Below, one piece after another: positions 24,463-37,367 of a stretch of 64,000 bases of DNA. A model generated the notes under the pieces. That model was not told the DNA's origin and did not search any database. It saw only the letters and a list, made by a program, of their open reading frames with translations. The first letter of the stretch is position 1, and each line of letters opens with the position of its first letter. This DNA comes from Lingula anatina (lineage: Eukaryota; Animalia; Brachiopoda), in the NCBI GenBank assembly GCA_051362555.1, contig CM120642.1, positions 3,162,001 to 3,226,000 on the forward strand, given 5' to 3'. Position numbers and translations under genes: made by a program.

Positions 24463-26416
24463 TGTTGGTGATGCTATGTGTACAATTGCTGCAAGCACAA
24501 CATTCCCAGAACCATTTGTGACTCCAACTGATCGTAGACGACTTGGATGGATGCATAAAAACCTGGCAGGCACACAGTGTAGTGACCATGTGGCTCTCCT
24601 TAATGCATTTCAAGCTTGGGAAGAGGCCAGGTAGGCACAAGTCTCACAGAATAAATATTATATCTGTTATTATATTTTTAAAACATTGTATACATTTTGT
24701 CATTTAGATTGAGAACTGGCAAGCAGAAGTCATTCATCTTTTATTATATTTTCATATCTTTATTAGCATTTCATCATTTACACATTTTCCCAATTTTTGT
24801 AAAACAAAGATTGAAAACAATAAAGCATAGTAATTTGTATTAGTTTATATGCAGTTGATTCTAGTTAGGTAGCCTAGTATGAGGACCATGATAATTTTTT
24901 TTATCAGGGTAGGTGGTGGCAGAGTTTTTAACTTTTAAACAGAAATATTCATAATACTTCACCAAGCCTCAATTATAAAATATATGTTCACCTTTGGTTT
25001 CAGGTCTGGTGGTGAAAACAGTGAGTGGAACTTTTGTGAGCAGAAGAGTTTGTCCATGCCCACTCTAAGAATGACATGTGAGGCCAAGGTAATGTCACAC
25101 AGCAGTCAGTTAATTAGCAGTATTCAAAGAGCAGTTTTTTGCATCTACTAAAAGATTTACCAAAAATCTTTTCTAAGATCCTTTAATAACTGCTACCAGC
25201 TTTGTCTAGCTAGCAGGATACTGAAAAAGTAAGGATCTTAACTACGAATATTTTTCATTTTATAAATGTGCCTTATTAAGAAACATATGCTTATAATATA
25301 AGTTGAGGGCTTTGAATTTTATATGACAGCTTAATTATCCTATTGACTGAAAGGATGATGTTAAATTTACTGTCCCACCACACCAAATAACAATATTTTA
25401 TTTTAACCACATGTTACATGTACACTAAGGTTGGTTGAGTATTTCATATCTTCTCAATATTTTTTCTGTAATTTCCAGAACCAACTTCGTGATATCCTGG
25501 TGAATGCTGGGTTTCCAGAGGAAAGCCTCTACCCACAGATGTTCAACTCTTCAGGTCCAGACAGTAAATTAGATGTGGTAGGTGGCTCTTAGAATTATTA
25601 TTGGCATTATTGTTTTTTTCCAACTCTTAAGAGTGTCCTTGTCTGAAAAAGCTATTGGCAGAATGTGTAATGTTTCAGGAACAGAAGTAGTTTGCAGAAG
25701 CTATCTTTTCTAAGAATTTAATTCTTGTTGTACTTATTATGCATCTGCTGCAATGTAATATTTTGTCTTTCTCATCTACCATACTTTTATGGTGTCATGG
25801 ATTACATGCTGACCCCAATTCAAACCTAGATGTACGTAACCTATACATTATTGTAGATGAACAGGTACAGATCATGTTAGATATCACTCAGTGTTCAGGT
25901 TGACAACACAGATGCCTATGATGAATGTCCTAAACTTATATAATTTTGAACGCTTAATTCAAGCGTGGGCTCGAAATAGGACATTACGTTTTCGTCTATA
26001 ACTTAGTGGATAACGCAATCCAAAGATCCCACAGTTCGTGTCAAATTTACGTAAGGTCGCGCAAAGAAAACCCAAGTCCACATAATGACCAGTTAAATGA
26101 TTTATTCGTTGACGCTAAGCAACTACATGATATTCTAAGTGAAGCCTCCAACGCTTAACCCGTCAGCTCCGTACTCCGTCGCTTCCAACCTCCTCCTCCG
26201 CTGCTTCCTTCTACATGTCCCCAGTCTATCTCCCCGTTCAATTCTCCTCACTCACTTTAAATACTATTTTGTTATCTTTACATGGATCCAGTGCTGCACT
26301 AGTATGAGATGTACGTCAAACATAATTACCTTTAATTGTATAATTAATTTGACCATGGTGTCTCCAATACAGCTTCTCATATTTGCTGCACGCTCTGTGA
26401 AGGCTGAAAATGGGAT

Positions 26417-26712
26417 GATTATCCTGGATGGCTGGTATGTTTTATATGTAGAAATAGGATACAAAGTTATTTATATATTGTATTATCCTGGATGGCTGGT
26501 ATGTTTTATATGTAGAAATAGGATACAAAGTTATTTATATATTGTTTTATCCTGGATGGCTGGTATGTTTTATATGTGGAAATAGGATACAAGATCATTT
26601 ATATATTGTATTATCCTAGATGGCTGGTATGTTTTATATGTAGAAATAGGATACAAATTTAAGTTATTTAATATATTGTATTATCCTGGATGGCTGGTAT
26701 GTTTTATATGTA
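26417..26712 (+). repeat. ~64-bp tandem repeat (~5 copies) built from a DHX9 5' splice site
   Basis: Unit ttatcctggatggctg|gtatgttttatatgtagaaataggatacaaag...; the first unit is the exon end and donor. Confidence 0.9.
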
Positions 26713-29587
26713 GTCCTTAATATACAAAGTTCTTTATATAGTGTGTTCAGTTGTTAGAAATTGGTATTGGGACTATGTAATGTAAGCTCATAAATGGAAA
26801 CACACCCTTTTGAGATTGTGATTATTTTTTTTATTTTTATCAGCCAATACTTTACATAAACTTATATAAAAAGTTTGAAAATTGTTCTCATTTTCTACAT
26901 CTAAAAGTCGAAGGTGGCAACTTTGAAAAAGAAAAAAAGGATGAGATTTTAGAAATTAAGAAAATAACAACACATGTACACATGCACAGGTAAGTGAACT
27001 AAACTGCATTCAATCACTTTATTCACACATGCACAATTTCCAGTCAAATTCATTCCCTTCTGGTCATATGTCCACATACAGGTTAAATCTGAAGATGCCA
27101 TTCAGCCAGGCATCCAAGATAGTGGCCCTCCGTCCTGCGCTGGAGGCCCTGAATATCAGAGCTACCACAGATCCTGAGGGCACTGCACACCCCATGCCAC
27201 TGGATGAGCAACTGATGCAGGTGTTCAGGGCGCTGTCCAGGCCAAATGCTGGCAGCTTTGGAGTGGAGAATAATTACTCTGGGAAAGAGACGGCAGCAGG
27301 GTGAGTGTTTTTCATTAGTGTTATAGCATCTAGTAAATAATACATACATAATTCCATTTATGGAGCAGAGAATAGAGACATTGGGGATTTTTGATAAATG
27401 CTATTATGAAGAAATATTTAGATGCAGGTGTGTTGATATTTCTAGTTTGACTGTAGTACGTGCCATCACTCCTAACACTCTGTCATACTGGTACAGTACA
27501 TATGTGATATATGTGCATTTGGACCTCTGCCATTACTAGCTATGGAATTTTTTTTTCATTTAGAAATTAACATTATTCCATTTTCACCTGTAAATGATTT
27601 AAAAAGGAAACAAGTGGGAAAACAACAGAGAGGCAATTAAGCCTGACAGAACTTCAGAGTGCTTCCTGTTTCATATTTTTAATAATGTATAAAAACTTGA
27701 AATGTATATGTTTAATGATTTTTTATTTTAGTTGGTTTTAATTCTGATCTCTTTTTTTTTTTTACAGTGGCCCAGGATTTGGCCCACCACCTCCAAAAAG
27801 GTTCCACTCGGGTGTTGGAGGGGGACCTAGATTTGGAGGAGGACCAAGATTTGGAGGTGGATTTGGTGGCCGAGGAGGAGGATTTGAAAGAGGTGGATTC
27901 CGAGGAGGAAGAGGCAGGTTTGGTGGAGGAAGAGGTGGATTTGGAGGTGGATTTCGCGGAGGAAGGGGTGGATTTAGGGGTGGATTTAACAGAGGAGGAT
28001 TTTAATATTTTGAACAGGGGTGTGAAATAATATGTGAACACTTTAATGTGAGAGAAACTGCCTGCTAATGGATATTTCAGTGGATATTTCAAATGTGTAT
28101 TATGAAAAAGTTTTTCATAGTTTTAAACAATTCAAAGGCAAATCTTACACCTCATTTGATTGGAGTAAAAAATACAATAAAATAAGTCTGAGAAAGACTC
28201 AGTGACACCTAATTTCTGTCCAGAACTGATAAGTACCACCCTGTTTATATCTGTACAATGCTGTACTCCTCATTCTTCATAAGCCTCACCTCTTTGGCCT
28301 GTCATGAGTTTTCATATGTTTAGATGTCTGCAGTATGTAACACAGGGAGCAAGTGTACAGTCTACATGTGCAAATGTACAGAAAGCATTTTTATAAGTGT
28401 TACCATACAGTCATGTAACCCAAAGGGCGTCCATCTTCCCTGAAAAATGCATTATACTCTGTGTTGCAAAATGATTGTAATTTGCAGAATATGGCAATTA
28501 CATTTACTTGATGTATGCAATGTGGAACAATTTTACAGATACATTTTTAAGTCATAGCTAGATAATTGAAATTACATTATTCCTATGGAGTGGTACATGT
28601 AGCAATAAAAGTGAAAAACAGGCCACCTTGTGTTTCTATTCTATACCTGTATATATAGTGAAACAACCAAAAATGTTACACAAGAAAATATTATATCCAA
28701 AATTATGAATGTAAAAGATAAGTTTTAAGGTAAGTTTCCCCCAATGAAAAGATCAAGTCATAAATTACCAGTTATTGAAAATTGTATAATAAAGGATAAT
28801 TGCTTTGGGGAAAAAAATGTTATTTGTATGAGAAATAGCCTATATGAGAATTTAATTCTAATTTCAGCATTTTGATTATCAGTTCTGATTTTCATGAATG
28901 TGGAGTATGTAAAATTTGGCTCTTTAAAAAATTGTAATAACATATTCTCACAAAGCACAGCAGCTGACCAATATTAGTTCAGTGGTGATGACGGCAGCTA
29001 TAATACCTTTCTACAAATCTTCTCTGTGGCACGAAATACATGCACTGAGCAAAAAATATAAATGCCCCATGTAATACTTTACAAATTTTATCTGCATTGT
29101 TATGTTTATATTAAATCATACAAAGTGAACTTTGTTGTTCAATGTGCTTTAGATAAAAATTAAGATTATAACACAACATCAATTCATTTGGAGTTGCCCA
29201 TTACATATTACATAAATAATTCACATGGGTTGTTTGTATTTTTCCTCAGTTTATATTCAAATAAATTATGTTTTCAATTCAGTGACGATGATTAACACAA
29301 TTGTACAATCATTTAATTCAATTATGTTGCAAGGTCATTCTGAATATTAAAAAATAATAACACTAAAATTTAAAATTAAATAAGATAAAAAATTCTAAAT
29401 TTGACAACAAATCCATGTTACTTAAAAATGTTGACAACAGTTCAGAAGTTCTGCGAAAAGAAATTATATGACCTTTAAGACTAGAATCTATGTGATTCTC
29501 AAAATGAAAGACTTTGTGATGTCCTTAAATATTTCTTGTCAACTTTGTTGATATAGGGGTGAAATCTTTGAAAACTAAGAATATAGA

Positions 29588-32270
29588 TTTATGTCTCCTT
29601 GATCTAAGCTAATTTGAATATAACAACATGCTGATAAAGTGATGTGACAAACTCAAGTATGATTTTCGAAATTTGGCCGGTGACGGCCGCATTTATTGAA
29701 AGTCCCAAAACTAAGAGAAATGAAGCAGACTAATAATAAACACCGAATAGTGTTGACAATGACATTAAACATTAATGTGTGCGCCTGAAATATCTACATT
29801 TAAAATAAAATTTCCAAAGAAATAGTGCACACATTTCAATTTGTGGGGTTGCAAAGAGGCCTTGACAAATACCCCAAGGTATCGTCTAGACCTAGACAGC
29901 CCTTTCGTACTTTCAAATTTCACTCAGGGGCAAAATGCAGAGGAAATTGTTGATACGACCACAAATGCTTTCACTGCTTGGGGGGGAACCACCCAGCCTT
30001 TCGTCACAACCCCAAACCATCCCACACAGGCCAATAGGGGTCCCCACCCCAGCAACCAGGGTTCTCAAAACACCAGTAGACCCCATAGACCCCAACAAAC
30101 TCTGTAGGTATTGGTAATGGAAGCTGCTAGAGTTGGCACGAGAGTTGAGGAGAGCCCTATTCCAGAGATCCAAATTTATGTCCTGCCATGGGTCACCTGA
30201 CCTCTCCTTATTTATCCTAAAATTGCGGTCATAGGCTAACCAGTCCCCCCTCAGGCCCGCCAAAACCTTTATATCCTCAGCATATTTCAGCAAGTTGGGG
30301 GCTTCAAGAGGGTGATTTAAAGCATAGACAGAAATAAATGTATGGAAGGCAGTAGTCCACTGACCAAGAGAGGTAATTTGTGGCTTTTTACTCTGGGGTA
30401 TTACGAGAGTGAGTTGGCCGTTATGATTTTCCATGGCTAGTGGGATAGAATCTCCTGAGGGCAGTTGAGAAGCCTGGTCTTGAAGAAGTAGGGCCAGGTC
30501 TACGAATTTGTCTCCCCAAATCCGATCTTTTACCTTGTTATCAACCTGAGCATGTAGGGGGATAGACTTAGTGTTGTATCTTTGTGATGTAGAGGGTTGG
30601 GGTGATACCATACCTGGGTCAGTTGGAGAGGAAGACGACGTGGAAGGCAAAGTGCTGGTGGCTGGGTTGCTATTAGTTTTTTTTTTTTTTTTTTTTCAGT
30701 AGCAAATAAATATACAATCTTACAGTTTTTGACTTATGAATCGCACACACACAAACACACACGCATACTTGGACCCTATTTCTCTCTCCGTAAAAAAAAA
30801 AAGGTTATACAGTTACAGTATTGCATAAACGGGTAGAAAGTAGACATTGACAATTCATGTTGTTAACTTACAATTGGAATTCTAAGAGGTATATCATAAG
30901 CTTGTTGCTTGTCAATTAAGTTGTAATATGCGATCAATATTTTCCCATTTTCTTTTAACATGTTGTTGTTTTTGGTCGGTTTACATATATAAAGAATATA
31001 AACAAATATTTCTGTAATAATTAACGTATTGTCTAGTTCCTTCCCATGTTGGGATTTCTGATTTCGTTCTACATAGACTAATATATTTCTTAATTATTAA
31101 GATAAGTAGATAAAAACCTTTTATGTCACATGATTGCACAAGGCCGAGTATAAAAATCTCGGGAGATCTCTGGGTTGCTATTAGTTGGCATAGGAGCCTC
31201 AGTGCTGGTGGAAGGAGTGGAAAGTTCAGGGTTGTTTTGCAGATTCTGTGCTGCAGCCAGGTTTGCCGCTACAGTGCCCAATTTTGCCACGACGTCAGTC
31301 ACTTTCTCCACCATGTTGACAATATGCTGGTTATCAATAGATGCTGGAGCTGAAGGTTGAGATACCTTTTCAGCAGAAGGTGTGGGCGGGAGAGCTAGAG
31401 TAGCAGCTGAGGAAGACGCCATAGAGGCTGCTGGGACTGGAGATGGTGATCGGAAAGAGGTCCTCTTAGTCTTGCGGGAGCTTGGACGTAAGTATGGAGT
31501 TGCTTTTCTTTTTCTCTTTGGAGGCACTGAAATGCATAACACAGACAGCGGCAGATTGATGGTTAAAATGTTTATGTAATTTATACTACCTTGATAATGA
31601 GGAGATGGGGAAGGTGGCGGGTATCCAAAATTGAAAACAGCGTAAATGTGTTGAAAATCAAATTTTCTGACTTGAACTATGCATAAAAGCAGAGTGAGAT
31701 AGAGTAATAGTGCTCGTTTGGTTAAATGCTGAAGCGCGGACGTAAAAGGGGACCCCCATCTGTGATTGGACAAGATTTCCATGGGGAATGTAGCAGTGAA
31801 TCCGCCTTCAAAAAATGCAGCATTGAATCCAAGGCTACCAGCTAGCTTGTAAGTGTTAGACCGTCGCCATAAATTAACGTTTGACTATGCCAAACTTCCC
31901 TTTATGTCTCCTGTATCTAAGCTAATTTGAATATAACAACATGCTGATAAAGTGATGTGTCAAACTCAAGTATGAATATGCAATGGGCATAACTGTAAAA
32001 CTAGGATAGCCTAATCTTAAGACGGGAAACCTTTCTGATTGTGGCGCCAAGCAAACTGCGGTAGAGCTTGTATTGTCCCACATCCGAAAGGTGCACCCCG
32101 TCGGGTTTAATGTGAGAGGCAGAGAGACCATTACAGGATTAAGTGGTCTTCCTGTCATGTAGGTCCGCCGTATGTAAGTCGCGGCCTTGCTAGCACTCCG
32201 CTCTTCTAGATCTGAATGGTCCCATGGAGTCAATATTAAGTTATTGTTGACATAAATCCATGCATATAAC
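29588..32270 (-). mobile_element. Degenerate DIRS/Ngaro-like (tyrosine-recombinase class) retrotransposon, gag region
   Basis: ORF with IPLHAQVDNKVKDRIWGDKFVDLALLL...WTTAFHTFISVY...WLAYDRNFR...WQDINLDLW, typical of invertebrate DIRS-type gag; ~75-bp direct repeats at 29588-29662 and 31901-31975; no RT or YR coding region recognised. Boundaries are approximate. Confidence 0.7.
30679..31169 (-). mobile_element. 5'-truncated L1/Tx1-like LINE inserted into the DIRS gag
   Basis: Poly(A) tail (T-run 30677-30696); 17-bp TSD ctgggttgctattagtt at 30662-30678 and 31170-31186; encodes an ORF2 C-terminus (LGLVQ..KYISLCR..PTWEG..WENIDRIL) homologous to 43557-43862. Confidence 0.9.
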
Positions 32271-32323
32271 ATATATTATCTTCTATGCTAATTATGTAAT
32301 AACTTCCATATCTTGATAGATAT

Positions 32324-35300
32324 TTATTGTTTATAATTTGGATGACCACTTAGATCAACTACTGACATGTTCCAATATGTGGGTTTCTTACGTTTCATCC
32401 CTGGGAAGAAAAATACTTTCTTCAGGAGAGTGCTATCCACGTGTAACACTTGTTTTTTCCTACCAGATGTTTTTAATTTTGCTACCTGTGCATTTGCCTG
32501 AAACAGAAGAAATAATTAGTTGTTTTTAATGGTTTACTTCTTCTATCCCCCTTATTATTTTGGCAAATATTTGTTTATATTTATTATTGTCACGTAAAAA
32601 GTAAGGATGATAGGTTAGCTGCCCTCTTTATTAGCTTATTAGCTTTCATGTTAACCTTTCACCAATAAAAAAACCATCAATTGTTATTCAAGGTCTTAGG
32701 TTTGGTAACATTAGACTAACTTTTTTCTCATTTGTAGATACAAGGGGTATTATCTCATGATGTAGAACATATTTGGTGCATGCATTTGAATGTCTGGTTG
32801 GCTTTATTGAAGATTACATATTCAAGATGGAAATTCCAATTTTAACTCCTAACATTTCTTATATCTTTTAACAAAGGTGGTTGAAAGTCACAAATGTGAA
32901 TAGTGTCAGTTGGTGGAATAATATGGTATTGGACTCTGAAGTTCATGACAACACTTGCCTACATCTCAATTAAAATAGAGATATATATAAATGAAATGAA
33001 TTGAAGTGAAAGGAATAAATAGTTAAATAAATAGATGATGATGGTAATAATGATTAATTAATGAATTAAAGATATGTGATATGAAATAAATCTCAGCTTA
33101 ATAACATTTTATTAACTCTGAATTTTTAAAAAACTTAGATTGTTTGTTAATAGACATGTTGCAGAATATGACAGTTTACCTTTGTTAACAAGGACTGGAC
33201 ATCCTCTTTACAAGCATGTCTGCTGAACACATCCACAATGGCCTGGATGAACCAAGTTCCTTTCTCTTTGCTTCTCCATGACACAAAGTCTGGGAATTGA
33301 TATGGATACAGTAATATCAAGTTTCAAATTAGAATAAAAAAGACATCAGCATGTGCGTTAAATTTCCTAGTATTTATACCAAATATTGCATTATATAATC
33401 CTAACCAAAGCTCATCTGTATGATTTCTTGAAAGACTTGCCAATGTTTCCTTTTGAAAATGTTACCATATTCTGCATATTGTAAACAAATGTTGCGGGCC
33501 ATTCAGCATAAAAGATCTGAGTATCAACTGGTCCAAGAATCAAATATAGTGGACCCTATGAATGTTTTTGGAGGCCACCACTCACTACAACATGGGGAAA
33601 CATAAACTTATTTTGCCATCTGATATGCCCCAAGAATGCTGGAATGTCTTTTGAGTTGCATTTGCCCTCACTAATAAAAACAGATTCTGAAGGCAAAAGC
33701 TGAGTATAATAAGAGGTGTAAATGTCGCCATATTTTTGTGGTATTTTGAGTTTTCCTGTGCGGCGCATGCATGAGTGTTCAAAACAGGAGGTTAAACCTG
33801 AAAATGTTCAACCTGGGATTCGGTTTCACTCTGCATGTGTGAACAAGCAAGTGAATAGGATTTTTTACCAGAAATTTGACTTTGAAAAATCCGGATTTTT
33901 CAGATGGCATTGTGATCAGGGTAAAGTCTCAAGACTTAGAATCAAAGAGATTGGAACAGAATGGGGTCTGAAATAATGGCAGACTAGAGAGTAAGGTGCA
34001 ACAACAAATTAAAGCTGTTTTCTGTCAATTTTCAGGAACATTGAAAAGTTATTTATTATTATAATGTATGTTCTATTATATATTTTAGTGATACACTGTA
34101 GGGTAAGCCCATTGGCTTCAGCTTCCTTAACCCTCATCCACAAGGAAATGGAACCCTACGTAAACCCTGAAACCGGGCCTCGGAGGCCCGGTGTACCATG
34201 AAAATCTGACTTCCCTTAAATGTGACTCCCCAGTCAGATTTTCATAATGAAAATGTGACTCCCCCTATGAAATTTTGACTCCCCCCCCCTCCCCCCCCCA
34301 AAAAAAAAAAAAAACATTCATAAATCTCATTTAATTTGAGTAAATGACTATGATCTTGCAGTATGCATAATGGAGGGCACATTGGCACTTTTTGTTAGTG
34401 TGCAGGTGAAAATTTTCATGAAAAAAAAAAAAAATTTAAGATTTTTATTTTACCACCCAAGGACTCCCCTATGAAAAAGCTATTTATTTGACATTTGATG
34501 ACCATTTCAACATCTTTCCTTTTAGGATACTTTATGAAGTTTATATTGGAAGTACTTGAAAGTTTGATGGTAAAAAATTGGGTAAAAAAAACACACCCAA
34601 TTCCCCTATGTAAAAGCTATTTATTTGTTATTTGATGATCACTCTGACATCTTTTCTTTTAGGATACTTTATGAAGAATATATTGGAAATATTTGAAAGT
34701 TTGAATGGTAAAATACTGGGTGAAAATAAATAAAAAAAATTTATGATAATCTTCATTTTCATATGCATGGAATTTGGACTCCTATGGACTCCCATTGGTG
34801 AAAGGCCCCATTTTATATTTGCTGTTGTTTTTCCCATTTTTTCCCAAAGCTGAATGAAAACTGGGGATTAATGATTTTAAATGGATAATGAATTTGTATT
34901 CTTGTACCCATAGGACTTTGACTTCCCCAGTCTTTCAAATATTTCCAATATAATCTTCATAAAGTAAAAGTTAGGGAAAGGTGTTGAAATGATCATCAAA
35001 TATTTAACAGATAGCTTTTTCATAGGGGAGTTATTGGGTGATAATATGCACATTTTAAACTTTCTTATTTTTCATGTTTTCTTTTTAGTTTTTTCACCCA
35101 ATAATTTACCATCAAACTTTGAAATATTTCCAATTGATCTTCATAAAGTAAAAGTAAAGGAAAGATGTTGAAATGATCATCAAATATTAAATAGATGGCT
35201 TTTTCACAGGGGAGTCACTGGGTGATAAAATGCACATTTTTAATTTTTGTATTTTTTATGTTTTCCTTTTAGTTTTTTCACCCAATAGTTTACCATCAAA

Positions 35301-37328
35301 CTTTCAAATATTTCCAGTATAATCTTAATAAAGTAAATTTAAAGGAAAAATGTAGAAATGATAATCCAATATCATATAAATAGCTTTTTCATAAGGGAGA
35401 CAATGGGCGGTTGAGTGCATATTTTTAATTTTCTTATTTTTTCATGAAAATGTTCACCTGCAGACTAAAAAAAAGTGCCAATGTATCCTCTATTTAACAT
35501 ACTACAAGATCTCAGTCATATACTCAAATAAAGTAAGATTTATTAAGTTTTGTGGAGGGGGAGTCCAATTTTCATGGGGGGAGTCAGATTTTCATGTTAT
35601 TTTCATGTTACACCAGTCCCTTGCTCGCTTTACCTCCACCTGGGTGAGTATACACTGTGTATGGAACATGCGGAAAAATCTTTTTTTTTCTCAAAATAGA
35701 AAGTTTCGCGAAGCTAGCGCAGTCTATCAGGTATGTAATAATGATAGATTTAAACTGATATCTGCATATCAGGTGACCAAGGTGACCGTTTACTCATAAA
35801 TAATAATTTCTCCAGGTCTTGAATCTTTCACAGGTAGATTTCTATTCTGTATACATTTCTAGACGTTGTTTGAACAAAGCTCCACACAAATGTAAAACCC
35901 AACAATGCATCACATATCTTATATACACATGCTCCCATGTGGAAGTAAAATTATCAAGGGACGGGCCTCAGAGGCACGGTTTCCAGGAAATGGGACTAAC
36001 TTTTGGAAATGTACATATGGTGTAAATTATTTCAAAACTAATTATTTATCCATTGATGGGGTATAAGTTGCTTGAGGATTACATGAAAGGAACAGGCTCA
36101 AAACCTCATGCGAACAAAGAGAGAGCAAAAGATACATGGGTCTGGGCCTGCGAGGCCCCTGAAAGGTGGATGAGGGTTAATAGTGGAGATAGCATAGACT
36201 TTTTTTACATTTATGACACTATTTTTATCATTTGCTCTGAAAATAACATGTTTGACAAGCAGAATATGGTACACTAAAAATTAAATAAGCTTTTTCTGTT
36301 CTCACTTGGAGTGGTGGCTTTTGCCACAAGGACGTCTGCCATTGTTGGGACAGTCTCATCTTGGTCCCCAGGTGCATCATGGACCGTACTGGTGTTCTGG
36401 ATTTCTGACAATATCCTGGTAGGGTCTGACAGGGATCCTTGCTTAGCACCACAATCTTCATTTTCTGTAGAGTTTGTAAAAATTTAAGTTTTATAGGTGG
36501 CATGTTATCAGTCAGTAGGGTTTATTTTGTAAGGATCATGCCTGCATGTACAATACTTTTTATGGACAGAAATTGTGGTTATTATAAACAATAAAAGTAT
36601 TAAAAAGACATTTGATATCTTGATCAATAATTGAACTCTGTCAGAACTATAAGCTTCCGTGCAATGAATGTAAATATATGAATATGAATTAACAAAGACA
36701 TTCTTTTTTTCTATTTTCTGTACAAGCTTGGTGTGGGCTCAATCAGTGCACAGAAGATCTGAGTTACAGTACTCATACATGTATATTTATAGCCCACCAT
36801 CATAATTTTTCTCTTTATAAAAAAGGATATATCATACATACTTTAAATTGCTACTCACTTCCTTGACAAGCCTGAATGAAAACCATCTTTGGTTTACTTC
36901 TTAAGGCAGGGCAGTTTGCATTATTGAAAATATGTAAAATATTTTCATAAGGCACAACATTCCCATCAGTACCAGTCACAGCTCCTACTTGTCCATGGCT
37001 CATTATCACCAATATGAAGGAATCGTACTTGAAATGGTCAGGTTTGGCACTTTCCTCTTTTAATATGTCCATAATTCCCTACAAAATAATAACAGCTGGT
37101 GTACAACTACACCATAAACTGCATGTGAAAATGTAAATATATTAAAGACAAGGGAAAGGTAACAAAAATTAATATTGAGTACTAGTAAGTGTTTTATTTA
37201 GAATACTCTTAAATGTTTTTGCCGTTAAACTCTGTAATTTTTCATTTATCAATTCCTATTAATTGAATTATTTTATGTATATGTAAAGTCTTCTGAACAT
37301 GTTATAATGGATTTAAGACTCAAAATAA

Positions 37329-37367
<39 letters not shown>

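Larger units (their letters stand above)
21690..28005 (+). pseudogene. DHX9: Partial, internally deleted DHX9 (RNA helicase A / maleless) copy
   Basis: Exons 22072-22156 ([25 protein letters not shown]), 22497-22653 (TDFL..MSAT..FPVQ), 23114-23274, 23487-23598 ([10 protein letters not shown]), 24463-24630 (FPEPF..SDHVALL), 25004-25088, 25479-25577, ~26351-26434, 27082-27300 and 27768-28005 (RGG tail). No dsRBD, motif I or RecA2 exons found; apparent 2-nt frameshift at ~22077; phase clash between 22653 and 23114. Confidence 0.85.

Noticed and set aside
25921-26350. ORF 26139..26585 as an independent gene
   Set aside because: It is a chimera of an unclassified insertion, a DHX9 exon fragment and the 64-bp repeat.
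27712-28092. Listed ORFs 27712..28092 (-) and 27767..28030 (+)
   Set aside because: They are shadow frames of the DHX9 RGG exon, which is in a different plus-strand frame.
31922-32272. Possible tyrosine recombinase C-terminus (CTFRMW)
   Set aside because: It lacks a convincing HSxRxG...GRW..Y motif and is more likely non-coding terminal sequence of the element.
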